This document shows positions 8,921 through 19,101 of a stretch of 42,805 bases of DNA, piece by piece. Source of the stretch: Escherichia phage Shy. The stretch is taken from sequence record OR996328; one strand, 5' to 3'. Each line of letters starts with the position of its first letter. Position 1 is the first letter of the stretch. Made by a program: the position numbers and the translations under genes. A model generated the notes under the pieces. It had not been told where the DNA came from. It worked only from the letters and a program-made list of their open reading frames with translations, and did not search any database.

Positions 8921-10450
8921 ATGGTCTGCGACGTTAACAAAATCGACAGCAATATTTCGGGCCTTTCGTTCGCCGAAGAAGAATGCTTGAAACAGCTTCC
9001 GGCTTCGCCCGTTTGGTACGGGCTGGAACCGAACAGCTATTCGGACTTCGGCGGCGAAGTTACGACCGTGGCACGCGCCCCGATTGACCCTTCGCGCCAG
9101 CGGAAGAAAGGCACCGTTACCGACTTGGACGCTTCGGGCGGTTTCAATACCGACGTAACGGCCGACAACATTACCCGGCTTATGCAAGGCTTTTGCTTTG
9201 CCGATGCCCGCCAGCAACCGCAAACCGCGCCGTTGAATGCGGCTAAAGTTTCGATGACCGGCGTAGACGGCGACGAAATCAAGTACACCGCCGCTTCTGG
9301 CTTGGGTATCTTCGCGGCCGGTGACTTGGTTGTCGCAAGCGGTTTCGCGGTGCCCACAAACAACGGCATGAAAAAGGTTAGCGACGCAATCGCAACCGCC
9401 GTTACCGTATGGGGCGCGTTGTCCGACGAAGGCGCGGCACCGAACGGCGCACTTACCCGCGTTGGTCACGAATTCGCATCGGGCGACGTTGCGTTGACCT
9501 ATGCGGCCGGTCTGCTGACCCTGACCGCGACGGCCGGGTCGTTCGCCTTTGGCCTGATTCCGGGTCAATGGGTGTTCATCGGCGGCGATGGCGCTGGCAC
9601 TTCGTTTGCCAACAACGTCGGTTACGCCCGCGTTGCGGCCATTTCGACCGACAACAAAACCGTTACGCTCGACAACGCCACTTGGACGCCTGTAACCGAA
9701 GCCGGAACCGGTATCACGCTGCAAGTATACTTCGGCACCGTCATTCGTAACGAAAAGTCGGCCAACCTGATTAAGCGCCGTTCGTACCAACTGGAACGCA
9801 CGCTAGGCCAAGATGCCGACGGTATGCAATCCGAATACCTTGTCGGTGCCGTCGCAAACGAATTCACCTTGAACATTCCGCAGGCCGACAAGCTGAACGC
9901 CGACGTTACCTTTGTAGCGTGCGACAACGAACAGCGTACCGGTGCGGTTGGCCCCAAGGCTGGTACGCGTGTTTCGGCGCTTGGTCAATCGGCGTACAAC
10001 ACTTCTTCGGACGTTTACCGTATCCGTATGTCGGTCAACAATTCGGCGAACCCGAATCCGACCCCGCTGTTCGGTTACATTTCCGAAGGTTCTATCGAAG
10101 TGAACAACAACATTACGCCGAACAAAGCGGTCGGCGTGTTGGGTGCGTTCGACACTTCGGCGGGCGACTTCGAAGTCGGCGGGTCTGTTACCGCTTACTT
10201 TACCACTGTTGCGGCAACCCAAGCGGTACGCAATAACGCCGACGTTGGTATCTACGCGATTCTTGCGGCAAACAATCGCGGCATGATTTACGACATTCCG
10301 TTGCTTTCGCTTGGCGGCGGTCGTATCAACGTCGAAAAAGACAACCCGATTACTGTTCCGTTGGATACCAACGGCGCAGAATCGAAATTCGGCCATACGC
10401 TGTTGGTTGAATTCTTCGAATACTTGCCAAACAAGGCAATGCCGCAGTAA
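8921..10450 (+). CDS. putative major tail (tube) protein
   Basis: 509 aa; sits directly upstream of the G/GT chaperone pair; followed by a strong terminator. Confidence 0.5.
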   Translation: MVCDVNKIDSNISGLSFAEEECLKQLPASPVWYGLEPNSYSDFGGEVTTVARAPIDPSRQRKKGTVTDLDASGGFNTDVTADNITRLMQGFCFADARQQPQTAPLNAAKVSMTGVDGDEIKYTAASGLGIFAAGDLVVASGFAVPTNNGMKKVSDAIATAVTVWGALSDEGAAPNGALTRVGHEFASGDVALTYAAGLLTLTATAGSFAFGLIPGQWVFIGGDGAGTSFANNVGYARVAAISTDNKTVTLDNATWTPVTEAGTGITLQVYFGTVIRNEKSANLIKRRSYQLERTLGQDADGMQSEYLVGAVANEFTLNIPQADKLNADVTFVACDNEQRTGAVGPKAGTRVSALGQSAYNTSSDVYRIRMSVNNSANPNPTPLFGYISEGSIEVNNNITPNKAVGVLGAFDTSAGDFEVGGSVTAYFTTVAATQAVRNNADVGIYAILAANNRGMIYDIPLLSLGGGRINVEKDNPITVPLDTNGAESKFGHTLLVEFFEYLPNKAMPQ

Positions 10451-10457
10451 ACTAAAT

Positions 10458-10485
10458 GGGCCGGTGCGATATCCGGCCCGTTTTT
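10458..10485 (+). terminator. rho-independent terminator after major tail gene
   Basis: GGGCCGG-8 nt loop-CCGGCCC followed by GTTTTT. Confidence 0.65.
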
Positions 10486-10515
10486 CTCCAACTTCCGAAA
10501 TAAGGATTTGAAATT

Positions 10516-10956
10516 ATGTCGCTTTCCAAACAGTTCGCTACCGATACCGCCAAAGAAGTCGAAGGCGTAGTTATCCAATTCGGCCAGAACGACGACGGTT
10601 CCGTTCCCGGCTTCCATATTTCCCGTATGTCGAAAGCGAATACGCGTTACACGCGTGCGCTTGAAGCGGCAACCCGTCCGTACCGTCGTCAAATCGAAAT
10701 GGGTACGCTGGCGAACGACGTTGCCGAACGCGTATTCATGGGCGTATTCGTCGATACCGTGTTGAAAGGTTGGGAAAACGTCCAACTTTCCGACGTAACC
10801 GGCAACGAAGAAGATACCGGCTTCGCGCCGTTCAACCGTGCGAATGCGCTGTCGCTGTTCGGCCGTTTGCCGGAACTGTACGACGACTTGCAGAACCAAG
10901 CGAAGTCGGCCGCAATGTTCAAGGAAGAAGCGCAGGAAGCCGAAGCAAAAAACTAA
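10516..10956 (+). CDS. tail assembly chaperone (G-like)
   Basis: 146 aa acidic protein upstream of tape measure; ends with an in-frame slippery heptamer immediately before the stop. Confidence 0.6.
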   Translation: MSLSKQFATDTAKEVEGVVIQFGQNDDGSVPGFHISRMSKANTRYTRALEAATRPYRRQIEMGTLANDVAERVFMGVFVDTVLKGWENVQLSDVTGNEEDTGFAPFNRANALSLFGRLPELYDDLQNQAKSAAMFKEEAQEAEAKN

Positions 10957-11321
10957 CCGAAGTTCTGTTGTATCTGTTGGAGTTAGGGCCGCACGAAAAG
11001 ACCATAGCACAACAGGCGTTCCGGTCGGGTGAACCGATGCCCGACCGGATAGCAAATGCACCAGAACTAGAATTAGGGTTACAACTGTATTTGCAAGCGT
11101 TCTTCGATTTAGATTCCGAACGTTCGCATTCGTTAGGATTAACGCCGATTAGTTGGTCGTCAATCATCGGATACGCAAGGGCTTTCGAATTCGACGAAGA
11201 ACAAACCGAATCACTGTTGTTTCATATTCGACGGATGGATACCGAACACTTAAAACGTTTGGAGTCAAAGCAACCCAAACAGTCGAAACAACCCGTAAAG
11301 GTTCCTAAACATGGCCGGTAA
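10516..11321 (+). CDS. tail assembly chaperone frameshift product (GT-like; 10516-10953 joined in -1 frame to 10953-11321)
   Basis: The -1 frame ORF (track 10770-11321) reads KKLTEVLL from the slippery site; no SD before its first Met; G/GT arrangement is conserved in long-tailed phages. Confidence 0.5.
10947..10953 (+). promoter_or_regulatory. -1 programmed ribosomal frameshift slippery site A_AAA_AAC
   Basis: Canonical X_XXY_YYZ heptamer in frame with chaperone codons GCA-AAA-AAC-TAA; the -1 frame is open from here to 11321. Confidence 0.6.
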
Positions 11322-11748
11322 TCTTTTAGACTTAGCCAATCGGCTAGAAAAGAAAAAGGCCGAAATTGAGACGGCCGCCAGCGAAGCGGCCGTTTTTGTT
11401 GCTGTTACCGCCGTCGCTGAACTGGCATATACGACGCCCGTTGATACGTCGAAGGCGCTGTCGTCTTGGGAAGTCACCTTAGACGCTCCGTCTTCTAATG
11501 TGGGCAAGGCGCATTATCCCGGCGAAAAAGGTTCGACGCGCAACGCATCGGCCGCCGAAACAATCGCGCAAGCGAAAGCTGTATTAGCGAATAAGAAGCC
11601 CGGACAAAAGATTTATATAACAAACAATCAACCGTATATCAAGCGATTGAACGACGGTTATTCGGCGCAACAATCGGCCGGATTTGTAGAACGCTGTTTA
11701 GCCAAAGTTCGCAAGGCCGTACAGCGGTATAAACTGAAACTTAAATAA
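11311..11748 (+). CDS. hypothetical tail-module protein
   Basis: 145 aa ORF between chaperone and tape measure; contains a TCTAATGTGGGCA motif copy. Confidence 0.4.
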   Translation: MAGNLLDLANRLEKKKAEIETAASEAAVFVAVTAVAELAYTTPVDTSKALSSWEVTLDAPSSNVGKAHYPGEKGSTRNASAAETIAQAKAVLANKKPGQKIYITNNQPYIKRLNDGYSAQQSAGFVERCLAKVRKAVQRYKLKLK

Positions 11749-11759
11749 AAGGCGGAATC

Positions 11760-14700
11760 ATGGCCGACGAACAAATCGTTATTGAAATTACGGACGGCGT
11801 AGCGGCGTCTATCCCGGCGAAGATTGACCGAATCGCCGCGTCGGCCCGCAACGCGCATACCGCAGTCGAAACGCTGAAACAACAACTTGCCATGCTGGAC
11901 GGTAAGGGGTTGCAATCGCTTTCGGCCGCAATGAACCAAGCGGCGTCGGCTTCGACCAAACTTGCACAAGCGCAACAGGCAGCCAATACCACGGCCGCGC
12001 AAGCCGCTATCTTGCAAAACCGCGTCGAACAGTCGGCCGCAAACGCCGCGAACGCGCAAGCCCGTTTGGCTACCGCTTCGACCAATACGGCGACGGCGCA
12101 ACAACGCTTGGCTACCGCAACCGCTAACACCGCTACCGCCGAAGCGAAGTTAGCGACCGAAACGGCTAAGACTTCGACCGCACAATCGAACAGTGCCGCC
12201 GCCGCGTCGCGTGCGGAACTGGCTTCTATTCGTCTGCAACAGGCGCAAAAGAAGTTGGAAGAACAGAACCAGAAAACGACTAATTCGTTTATGGACTTCG
12301 CAAAGCGTGCGCTTTCGATTGCCGCGATTACCGCCGCAACCGGTGCCCTGTTGAAGTACGCCGACAGTTATACCGCTTTGCAAAACAAATTGCAAAACGT
12401 TTCGTCGTCGCAAGCGCAAGTTAACGAACTTACCGACCGCCTGTACGAACTTGCGAACAAGACGCGTGCCGGGGTTGACGAAACCGCGACCGCATTTACG
12501 CGCTTTGACCGGTCGTTGAAGTTAATGGGTAAATCGCAAGAAGATACTTTGCGAATGACCGAAACCATTAACAAAGCGTTGGTCGTATCCGGTGCCACTT
12601 CGTCGGAAGCATCGTCGGCCCTGTTGCAGCTTTCGCAGGCGTTCAACTCCGGTAAGTTGCAAGGCGACGAATTCCGTTCCGTATCGGAAAACATGCCCGT
12701 CGTATTGGACGCCGTAGCCAAGGCGCTTAACAAACCGGTTGACCAAGTTAAAAAACTCGGTACGGAAGGCAAGATTACGTCGGAAGTTCTGTTTAAAGCG
12801 TTCCAGCTTATTCAACAGCAAATCGACGATACCTTCGCGAAAACGACGCCCACAATCGGGCAAGCGATGACCGTACTTAACAACCAAGTCGGCCAATTCG
12901 TCGGTAAGCTGGATAAAGCGACCGGCGTATCGTCGGCACTGGCGAAGGCGATTCTTTGGCTTGGTAACAATCTCGACCTGTTGACCGTGGCGCTTGTGGC
13001 CGTAGGCGCGGCCCTGCTGGTCGCGTTCGGGCCAGCCCTGCTATCCGCCCTTGGCGCAGCGACGACCGCCGTAATTGGCTTCACGGCGGCCCTAGCGGCC
13101 AACCCGATTGGCCTTATCGCGATTGCCATTACAACCGCTATCGCAGCCCTTACCGTATTCGGCGACAAGATTTCGGTTACTTCCGACGGTCTGGTTAACC
13201 TGCAAGACGTTGCGAAGTCGGTTCTTTCGATTGTCGGCGACGGGTTTAGCGCCGTTGGTGCCGAAATCCAATCGCTTTGGGGTAAGGCGATTGATTGGAT
13301 TAACGAAAAAACTAACGGTTGGGGTGAAAACTTCCGTTCGCTTGGCGATACTATTCTGTCGCTAGTTAAGGCGACCGTTAACGGTTATATCGGCGCTTGG
13401 GTTTCCGCATACAACGTCGTTAAAACCGTTTGGGATAACTTCCCGGCCCTTATGAAAGGGCTGTTTGCGCTTGTCGTGAACGCTGGCGCAACGGCTGTTG
13501 AAACGCTGGTGAATAGCTGGCAAATTGGTATTCGCGGCATTGCGTCGCTTGCCGAAGGTGTTGCCCCGGAACTGGTCGCCAAGTTGAACGGCGCACTTGA
13601 CAAAGCGAAAATCGAATTGCCGCGTATGCAAATCGAACAGGAAGCGAAAGACGCCGGTTCGGCTGTCGCACAAGCCGCCGTGTCGGGCTTCCAAACCGAT
13701 TACGTTGGCGGTATGACCGACGCCATTATGCAAGGTGCCCGCAAGATTTCGGAAGCCCGCCGCGCAGCGGAAGCCGAAGCGGCTAAGTCGAACCTTCGCG
13801 GTGCCGGTACGAACCAGCTTTCGGGCGACGACGGCAAAACGAAGAAAGCCAAGTTGACGCAAGAACAGAAAGATTACAACAAGGCGCTTAAAGAAGTTAC
13901 CGCACCTTTGCGCGAATATAACGCCGCAATGGCTGTCGCCAAGGCGCTTTATGACACTGGCGCAATTAGCCTTGAAAAATATAACGCATTGGTCGCCAAG
14001 GCGAAAGACGCATACGCCAGCGCAACCGACCCGCTGTATTCGTTCAACAAGGCGGCACAAGAACAATTCGACGTACTGTCGAAAGTCGGCCCGGCGATGG
14101 AAGCGGAACGAAACGTTATTCAGGCGCGAAACGCCGCATTGCAAGCGGGCTTGCCGTTTAGCGAAGCTATGGCCGAAAGCATCCGTAAGACGACCGTTGC
14201 ACTTGACGAAGCGCAAAAGAAATCGGACGTTCTTAACAAGATTTACAGCGAAACCAAGGGCGCACAAGCTGACTTGACGGCGCAACAACAGGCGTATAAT
14301 CAGGCGTTGGCGAACGGCGCAATTTCGGCGGAACAGTACGGCATTAAAATGCAACAACTGAACGTCGATGCCGCAAATCTTAAAATGCAAATGGGTACGG
14401 CCGGATTTAACGACGCAATTGTCGCCGGTATGGGCCAACTTGTTTCGAACTATCAAGGCGTGTTGCAAGGTCTGTCGGGCGCTTGGGGCAACTTCTTTAC
14501 CGGGTTCGTTGACGGATTCGCCAACAGCATCGGCCGCGCTATCGTGTACGGCGAAAACCTGCAAGATACGTTGTCGCAAGTTTCGAAGCAAATTCTTTCG
14601 GAACTTATCGGCGCACTTATCAAGGTCGGTATTCAATACGTCGTCAACCAAGCGTTAGCGCAAACCGCTATCACTGCGACGACCGCACAATCGACCGCAG

Positions 14701-15209
14701 CGGCGGCCACGACTACGGCGGCTTGGGCACCAGCGGCGGCCGTGACTTCGGCGGCATCGTTCGGCGGTGCGGCCGTGGCCGGTATCGCGGCGCTTGCCGT
14801 GTTGTTCGGTATGGTAATGGGCTTCGCGGCCAAGGGCTTTAAAACTGGTGGCTATACCGGCGACGTTGGTACGTCCGAAGTTGCGGGCGTGGTTCACGGT
14901 CAAGAATTCGTCGTTAATGCGGCGGCTACGCGCAAACACCGCGCAACGCTTGAAGCGATGAACAACGGCGGTTCGGTTGCCGCAGTGAACCAAAATAGCG
15001 ATAATGCCGGTAATGGTGGCGGCGGTGTTGTTATGGTCGCATTCGATATCGACAACAATATTACCGTACAGGGCGGTTCCGGCGACAGTTCCGCCGATTC
15101 GCTGGAAAAAGCGGCGACCGCAATTTCGCAGAAGACGCAAGCCGACATTATGGATAGTATCCGCATGGGCGGTACTTGGTCGAAAGTCATTAAACAGGCG
15201 GCAAACTAA
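11760..15209 (+). CDS. tail tape measure protein
   Basis: 1149 aa; Ala/Gln-rich coiled-coil N-terminus; central hydrophobic segments (LLTVALVAVGAALLVAFGPALL...); canonical position. Confidence 0.85.
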   Translation: MADEQIVIEITDGVAASIPAKIDRIAASARNAHTAVETLKQQLAMLDGKGLQSLSAAMNQAASASTKLAQAQQAANTTAAQAAILQNRVEQSAANAANAQARLATASTNTATAQQRLATATANTATAEAKLATETAKTSTAQSNSAAAASRAELASIRLQQAQKKLEEQNQKTTNSFMDFAKRALSIAAITAATGALLKYADSYTALQNKLQNVSSSQAQVNELTDRLYELANKTRAGVDETATAFTRFDRSLKLMGKSQEDTLRMTETINKALVVSGATSSEASSALLQLSQAFNSGKLQGDEFRSVSENMPVVLDAVAKALNKPVDQVKKLGTEGKITSEVLFKAFQLIQQQIDDTFAKTTPTIGQAMTVLNNQVGQFVGKLDKATGVSSALAKAILWLGNNLDLLTVALVAVGAALLVAFGPALLSALGAATTAVIGFTAALAANPIGLIAIAITTAIAALTVFGDKISVTSDGLVNLQDVAKSVLSIVGDGFSAVGAEIQSLWGKAIDWINEKTNGWGENFRSLGDTILSLVKATVNGYIGAWVSAYNVVKTVWDNFPALMKGLFALVVNAGATAVETLVNSWQIGIRGIASLAEGVAPELVAKLNGALDKAKIELPRMQIEQEAKDAGSAVAQAAVSGFQTDYVGGMTDAIMQGARKISEARRAAEAEAAKSNLRGAGTNQLSGDDGKTKKAKLTQEQKDYNKALKEVTAPLREYNAAMAVAKALYDTGAISLEKYNALVAKAKDAYASATDPLYSFNKAAQEQFDVLSKVGPAMEAERNVIQARNAALQAGLPFSEAMAESIRKTTVALDEAQKKSDVLNKIYSETKGAQADLTAQQQAYNQALANGAISAEQYGIKMQQLNVDAANLKMQMGTAGFNDAIVAGMGQLVSNYQGVLQGLSGAWGNFFTGFVDGFANSIGRAIVYGENLQDTLSQVSKQILSELIGALIKVGIQYVVNQALAQTAITATTAQSTAAAATTTAAWAPAAAVTSAASFGGAAVAGIAALAVLFGMVMGFAAKGFKTGGYTGDVGTSEVAGVVHGQEFVVNAAATRKHRATLEAMNNGGSVAAVNQNSDNAGNGGGGVVMVAFDIDNNITVQGGSGDSSADSLEKAATAISQKTQADIMDSIRMGGTWSKVIKQAAN

Positions 15210-15824
15210 ATGATTGATTTACGGACTACGCTATTCGCGCCGGATACGGCAAAAGCCGACATTCTTAATAATGTGGGCATCGCGGCGTCGCCTTTCACTG
15301 GCGGTATTCAGGTTGTCGAACTTCCGGGCGCACGCTGGAAACTTACGTTCGGATACGACAGCCTATCCGCCAAGTATGGCCGACAACTGAAAGCAATTAA
15401 AGCGATGTTGCGCGGCGGGGCGGAAGTTGCCCACATTTACGACCTGTCGTATATCCCGCGTCGCAGTACCGAACCGGGCACGCCGACGGTTAACGGCGCA
15501 AACCAAGCGGGGGCCGTTCTGGCTTCCGCTGGTTGGACGCCAAGCATTTCGATTCTTGAAGTCGGCGACCAAATTTCTTACTTGTGTTCCGACGGCATGT
15601 ATCGAATGCATATTGTTACGGCGGCTGTTTCGTCGGATGCCAGCGGGAACGCGAACATTCCGATTCTTCCGCCATTGCGCAACCCGCCAGTAAACGGAAC
15701 CGCTATTTCGTCGATTGCGCCGGTTGTATCGTGTCAACTTACCGGGGGCGGCGAAGTGAGTATCGACGGAATGTTGCATTCCGCTTCGCTTGAATTCACC
15801 GAAGCATTGTACGGACAAAGCTAA
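15210..15824 (+). CDS. putative distal tail protein (gpM / GTA g12-like position)
   Basis: 204 aa; ATG overlaps tape measure stop (TAAATG); call by position. Confidence 0.4.
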   Translation: MIDLRTTLFAPDTAKADILNNVGIAASPFTGGIQVVELPGARWKLTFGYDSLSAKYGRQLKAIKAMLRGGAEVAHIYDLSYIPRRSTEPGTPTVNGANQAGAVLASAGWTPSISILEVGDQISYLCSDGMYRMHIVTAAVSSDASGNANIPILPPLRNPPVNGTAISSIAPVVSCQLTGGGEVSIDGMLHSASLEFTEALYGQS

Positions 15825-18572
15825 ATGGCATTCGATAGCGCATACTGCGAAACCCTACCGGCCGCCAATTCGACGCTTACGCGTTTCGATGGCCGGTATT
15901 TTCACCTTGACTTTCCGTTGTCGGCGATTGCAACCATTATCGCCGATACGCCCGACAAGCTGACCGTAAATTGTGAGTTTCGTTCTAACCGCGATTTGGT
16001 CGGCTTGCTTTGGACTTCGCACGACGATATGGGGCACCCCCTGTTGCAGTACGTCGAAGACCGCGATTATTCCGGCGTTAAAGTTGGGTTCGTTGCGAAC
16101 CCGCTTTATCCGTACAAATTTACGGTAACTGTTCTGTCGAACTCCGGTAATCAGGTTTACCGCATGTTTCCGTACAAGATACAAGGCGCGTCGCTGGTTC
16201 CGAATCCCGGTGCGATTGAAATTACCGGGCCGGGGCCGGGCCTGATTTACGCGATTTCGGATATCTTCCCCGAAGGTACGCCGACTGTTCCCGACGGTTA
16301 CGAAATCTATATTCTTGATTTCGACAACATGAAAACCGGGTTCAACTTCGACGGCGACGTTATCGACCCGCGTTATATAATTAACTTCTTCTTCGCCATT
16401 ACTCCGGGGTCGTATGGCCTTGGGCCGAATGCGCGTATCCGAAGCATTGGTGAAATTGGTTACTACGGTTCCCGATACGTCGGCGTAAAGGGTACGGGTA
16501 CGCTTGATTATTGGGAAGTAATGAACGTTAACCCGAACTTGCGGTTAAAGAAGGGTGACATTCTGCAATTTACGATTGTCCAACCGGACAAGTACGTTAA
16601 AACGGTCAATACCGGTAAGAAGAACGGCGGTAAAGGCGGCGGCGACCCTATCGCTATCTATACTCAAAACCTGCAAACGTTCTTGATTCAGGTTAATAAC
16701 TGGTACATGCGGGGAACTTCGCTATATGTGAAAGCCGAAAACGGGCCGCTTAAAGACGTTGCGATTATCGGCGGCCCGGCGAACGCCGTTACGCTTCAAC
16801 TCGACACGGCTATCGGCAACGAATCGCTTAACTTCGAAATGATGAACATTTCGGTAACTGGTGCGCGACGCATTATCGGTCGTCGTTTCTACCCGCAAGC
16901 CGTGCATAATATGCAAATGACTTCGGGTTTCGACGATACATACAATATTACGCCGTGGCGACAAGTCGATAACACGTACAACCTTGGATACCGGGGGCAT
17001 TTCAACCTGTATATGGGTATGTCGCACTATTTCAAGGCGTATTCGACCGGGGGAAGTACGACATTCGTTAATCAAGTGGTAAAGGATGCGGCCGAACCGC
17101 TGAACTATCCTACGGAAGTTTGGTGCCGTAACTTCTTCACCCAAATGCAAGCCTACGGCTATACGTTTATTTGGTCTACGTCTTACGAAATCCTTAACAC
17201 GTATTGCCCGGACGAATGGAAGCAACGCGACGCTTACGGAAGCCCGGCGCTTTCGGGCTGGTCGCCGCCTTCGTCGTTCTTGATTCCGACGTTTATTCCG
17301 GCGATGGATTACCTAGCCCGGACGATTAAACACGGTATGAAACTTCTTCAAGAATCCGGCATCGGTACGCTAATGTTCCAGATTGGCGAACCGTGGTGGT
17401 GGGACGGTTCTTATACGAACGGTGCGCCGTGTATTTACGACGAATATACGAAGGGGCTTTATACGACCGAAACCGGGCACGCTGTACCGACGCCGTATTA
17501 CACCAACTATAAACAGCCGATTACAGACGACCAACGCCCGTACTTGGAATGGTTGGGCGTGAAGTTGGGCCAATCGACCAACTATATTCGGGATGCGGTA
17601 AAGGCCGCTTATCCTGATTCGTTGGGTACGCTGCTGTTCTTTACGCCGCAGATTATGAACCCGGCTTCGGAAATGTTGCCGATTATCAATTTCCCCGAAT
17701 CGGAATGGATTTATCCGAATTACGATTTCGTACAGATTGAAGATTACGATTGGATTATTAACGGCGACCTTGACTTGTTGCCGTTGACCCTTGAAGCGGC
17801 GACGGTGCGTTTGCAATATCCGTTGGCCGTCGTGCATTACTTCGTCGGCTTCGTGAACACGGCCCGCGAAACTTGGGTTTGGCCGAACGTGAATATCGCG
17901 ACGCGTGAAGCCATTTTGAACGAAATCCCTAATATCTATGTGTGGGCATACCCGCAAGTTATCCGCGACGGTATCACATACGACGACACGTTGTACGGAA
18001 CCGACCCGGCAATTCAACCATACGTGCCGCCCCGCCGACAACTTGGCGTGGAAATTGAAGACCGTATTATTCGGCCGGTGTTCTTTGTTCAAGTTGGCGA
18101 CGATTCATTTATGAACAGTTCCGACAAGAATATCGACTATGACGGTAAAACGTGGTTCGCGACCGGCCAGTTCGGCAAGATTGAAGCGGTAACGGAAGGC
18201 TTGGCCGCTTCCGACGCTGGTTGGTCAATGGGCCTTGCGGGCATTCCGCTTAATATGGTCGATTACGTTACCGAACATATCCGGGCGAAGGGCGTTAAAA
18301 TGTTCTTGGGTTTGGTTGACCCTTCGAATATCCTAATCAGCAATCCGCGACTTATCGGGTCGGGCGCTATTCTCGACAATAACGTTCAATTTACCGGTAA
18401 CACCGCGACGATTAAGTTAAACGTTCGGTCTTCGCTTTCGGATTGGCACAAGGCTTCAACCGCCCGCTATACCGACGAATACCAACAACTATTGCACCCC
18501 GGCGACCGTGGCTTTAAGTTCATCGCCGATTTGCAATCGACCAAACTAAAATGGGGCGACCAAAATGCGTAA
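15825..18572 (+). CDS. large tail-tip protein; C-terminal ~180 aa paralogous to downstream gene
   Basis: 915 aa; C-terminal IIRPVFFVQVGDD...RYTDEYQQ...GFKFIADLQSTKLKWGD aligns with the 18565-19101 product; N-terminal ~700 aa of unknown, possibly enzymatic, function. Confidence 0.5.
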   Translation: MAFDSAYCETLPAANSTLTRFDGRYFHLDFPLSAIATIIADTPDKLTVNCEFRSNRDLVGLLWTSHDDMGHPLLQYVEDRDYSGVKVGFVANPLYPYKFTVTVLSNSGNQVYRMFPYKIQGASLVPNPGAIEITGPGPGLIYAISDIFPEGTPTVPDGYEIYILDFDNMKTGFNFDGDVIDPRYIINFFFAITPGSYGLGPNARIRSIGEIGYYGSRYVGVKGTGTLDYWEVMNVNPNLRLKKGDILQFTIVQPDKYVKTVNTGKKNGGKGGGDPIAIYTQNLQTFLIQVNNWYMRGTSLYVKAENGPLKDVAIIGGPANAVTLQLDTAIGNESLNFEMMNISVTGARRIIGRRFYPQAVHNMQMTSGFDDTYNITPWRQVDNTYNLGYRGHFNLYMGMSHYFKAYSTGGSTTFVNQVVKDAAEPLNYPTEVWCRNFFTQMQAYGYTFIWSTSYEILNTYCPDEWKQRDAYGSPALSGWSPPSSFLIPTFIPAMDYLARTIKHGMKLLQESGIGTLMFQIGEPWWWDGSYTNGAPCIYDEYTKGLYTTETGHAVPTPYYTNYKQPITDDQRPYLEWLGVKLGQSTNYIRDAVKAAYPDSLGTLLFFTPQIMNPASEMLPIINFPESEWIYPNYDFVQIEDYDWIINGDLDLLPLTLEAATVRLQYPLAVVHYFVGFVNTARETWVWPNVNIATREAILNEIPNIYVWAYPQVIRDGITYDDTLYGTDPAIQPYVPPRRQLGVEIEDRIIRPVFFVQVGDDSFMNSSDKNIDYDGKTWFATGQFGKIEAVTEGLAASDAGWSMGLAGIPLNMVDYVTEHIRAKGVKMFLGLVDPSNILISNPRLIGSGAILDNNVQFTGNTATIKLNVRSSLSDWHKASTARYTDEYQQLLHPGDRGFKFIADLQSTKLKWGDQNA

Positions 18573-19101
18573 CTTCCCGCAGTTCGACGAAAAGGTCGTT
18601 CGTCCGGTTTACTTTGTAGAAATCAGTTTCGAAAGTGGCCCGTTCTTGGCGAACACTTCCGACCGGAATATTACTGTCGGCGGAAAACTTTATTACGGCG
18701 TTGGTTCGCTTGGGCGAATCGGCGATTACACCACAACCAACGGTGTAACCGCTACGGCGTTAAAGTTGACCCTAACTAATATTCCGTCAACTATGACCGG
18801 TGACGTTGTTAACGAAAACACGCGCAATAAACCGATTAAGGTTTCGATTGCGCTTGTCGATAAAAACAACCAGCTTGTAACCGGTTTGATTACGTGGTTC
18901 AACGGAACAATTGATTCGTTAACCGTTGACTTAGGCCAAGTTGTTTCGGTTGCGGCTTCCGCATCGTCACGCTTGATTAATTGGGCACGTTCGGTTAATT
19001 CCCGGTATACTAACGAAGACCAGCAAGCGAAATACCCGAACGATAAAGGGTTTAAGTTCATCGCTTCGATGCCCACATTAAAAGTACGTTGGGGTTCATA
19101 A
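18565..19101 (+). CDS. tail-tip protein (gpL / GTA g13-like position)
   Basis: 178 aa; VVRPVYFVEISFESG...RYTNEDQQAKYPNDKGFKFIASMPTLKVRWG; homologous to the C-terminus of the upstream 915-aa protein. Confidence 0.45.
   Translation: MRNFPQFDEKVVRPVYFVEISFESGPFLANTSDRNITVGGKLYYGVGSLGRIGDYTTTNGVTATALKLTLTNIPSTMTGDVVNENTRNKPIKVSIALVDKNNQLVTGLITWFNGTIDSLTVDLGQVVSVAASASSRLINWARSVNSRYTNEDQQAKYPNDKGFKFIASMPTLKVRWGS

Noticed and set aside
10770-11321. Independent 183-aa ORF starting at its own Met in the -1 frame
   Set aside because: No ribosome-binding site before its first Met and it lies wholly inside the chaperone gene until the slippery site; better explained as the frameshift extension
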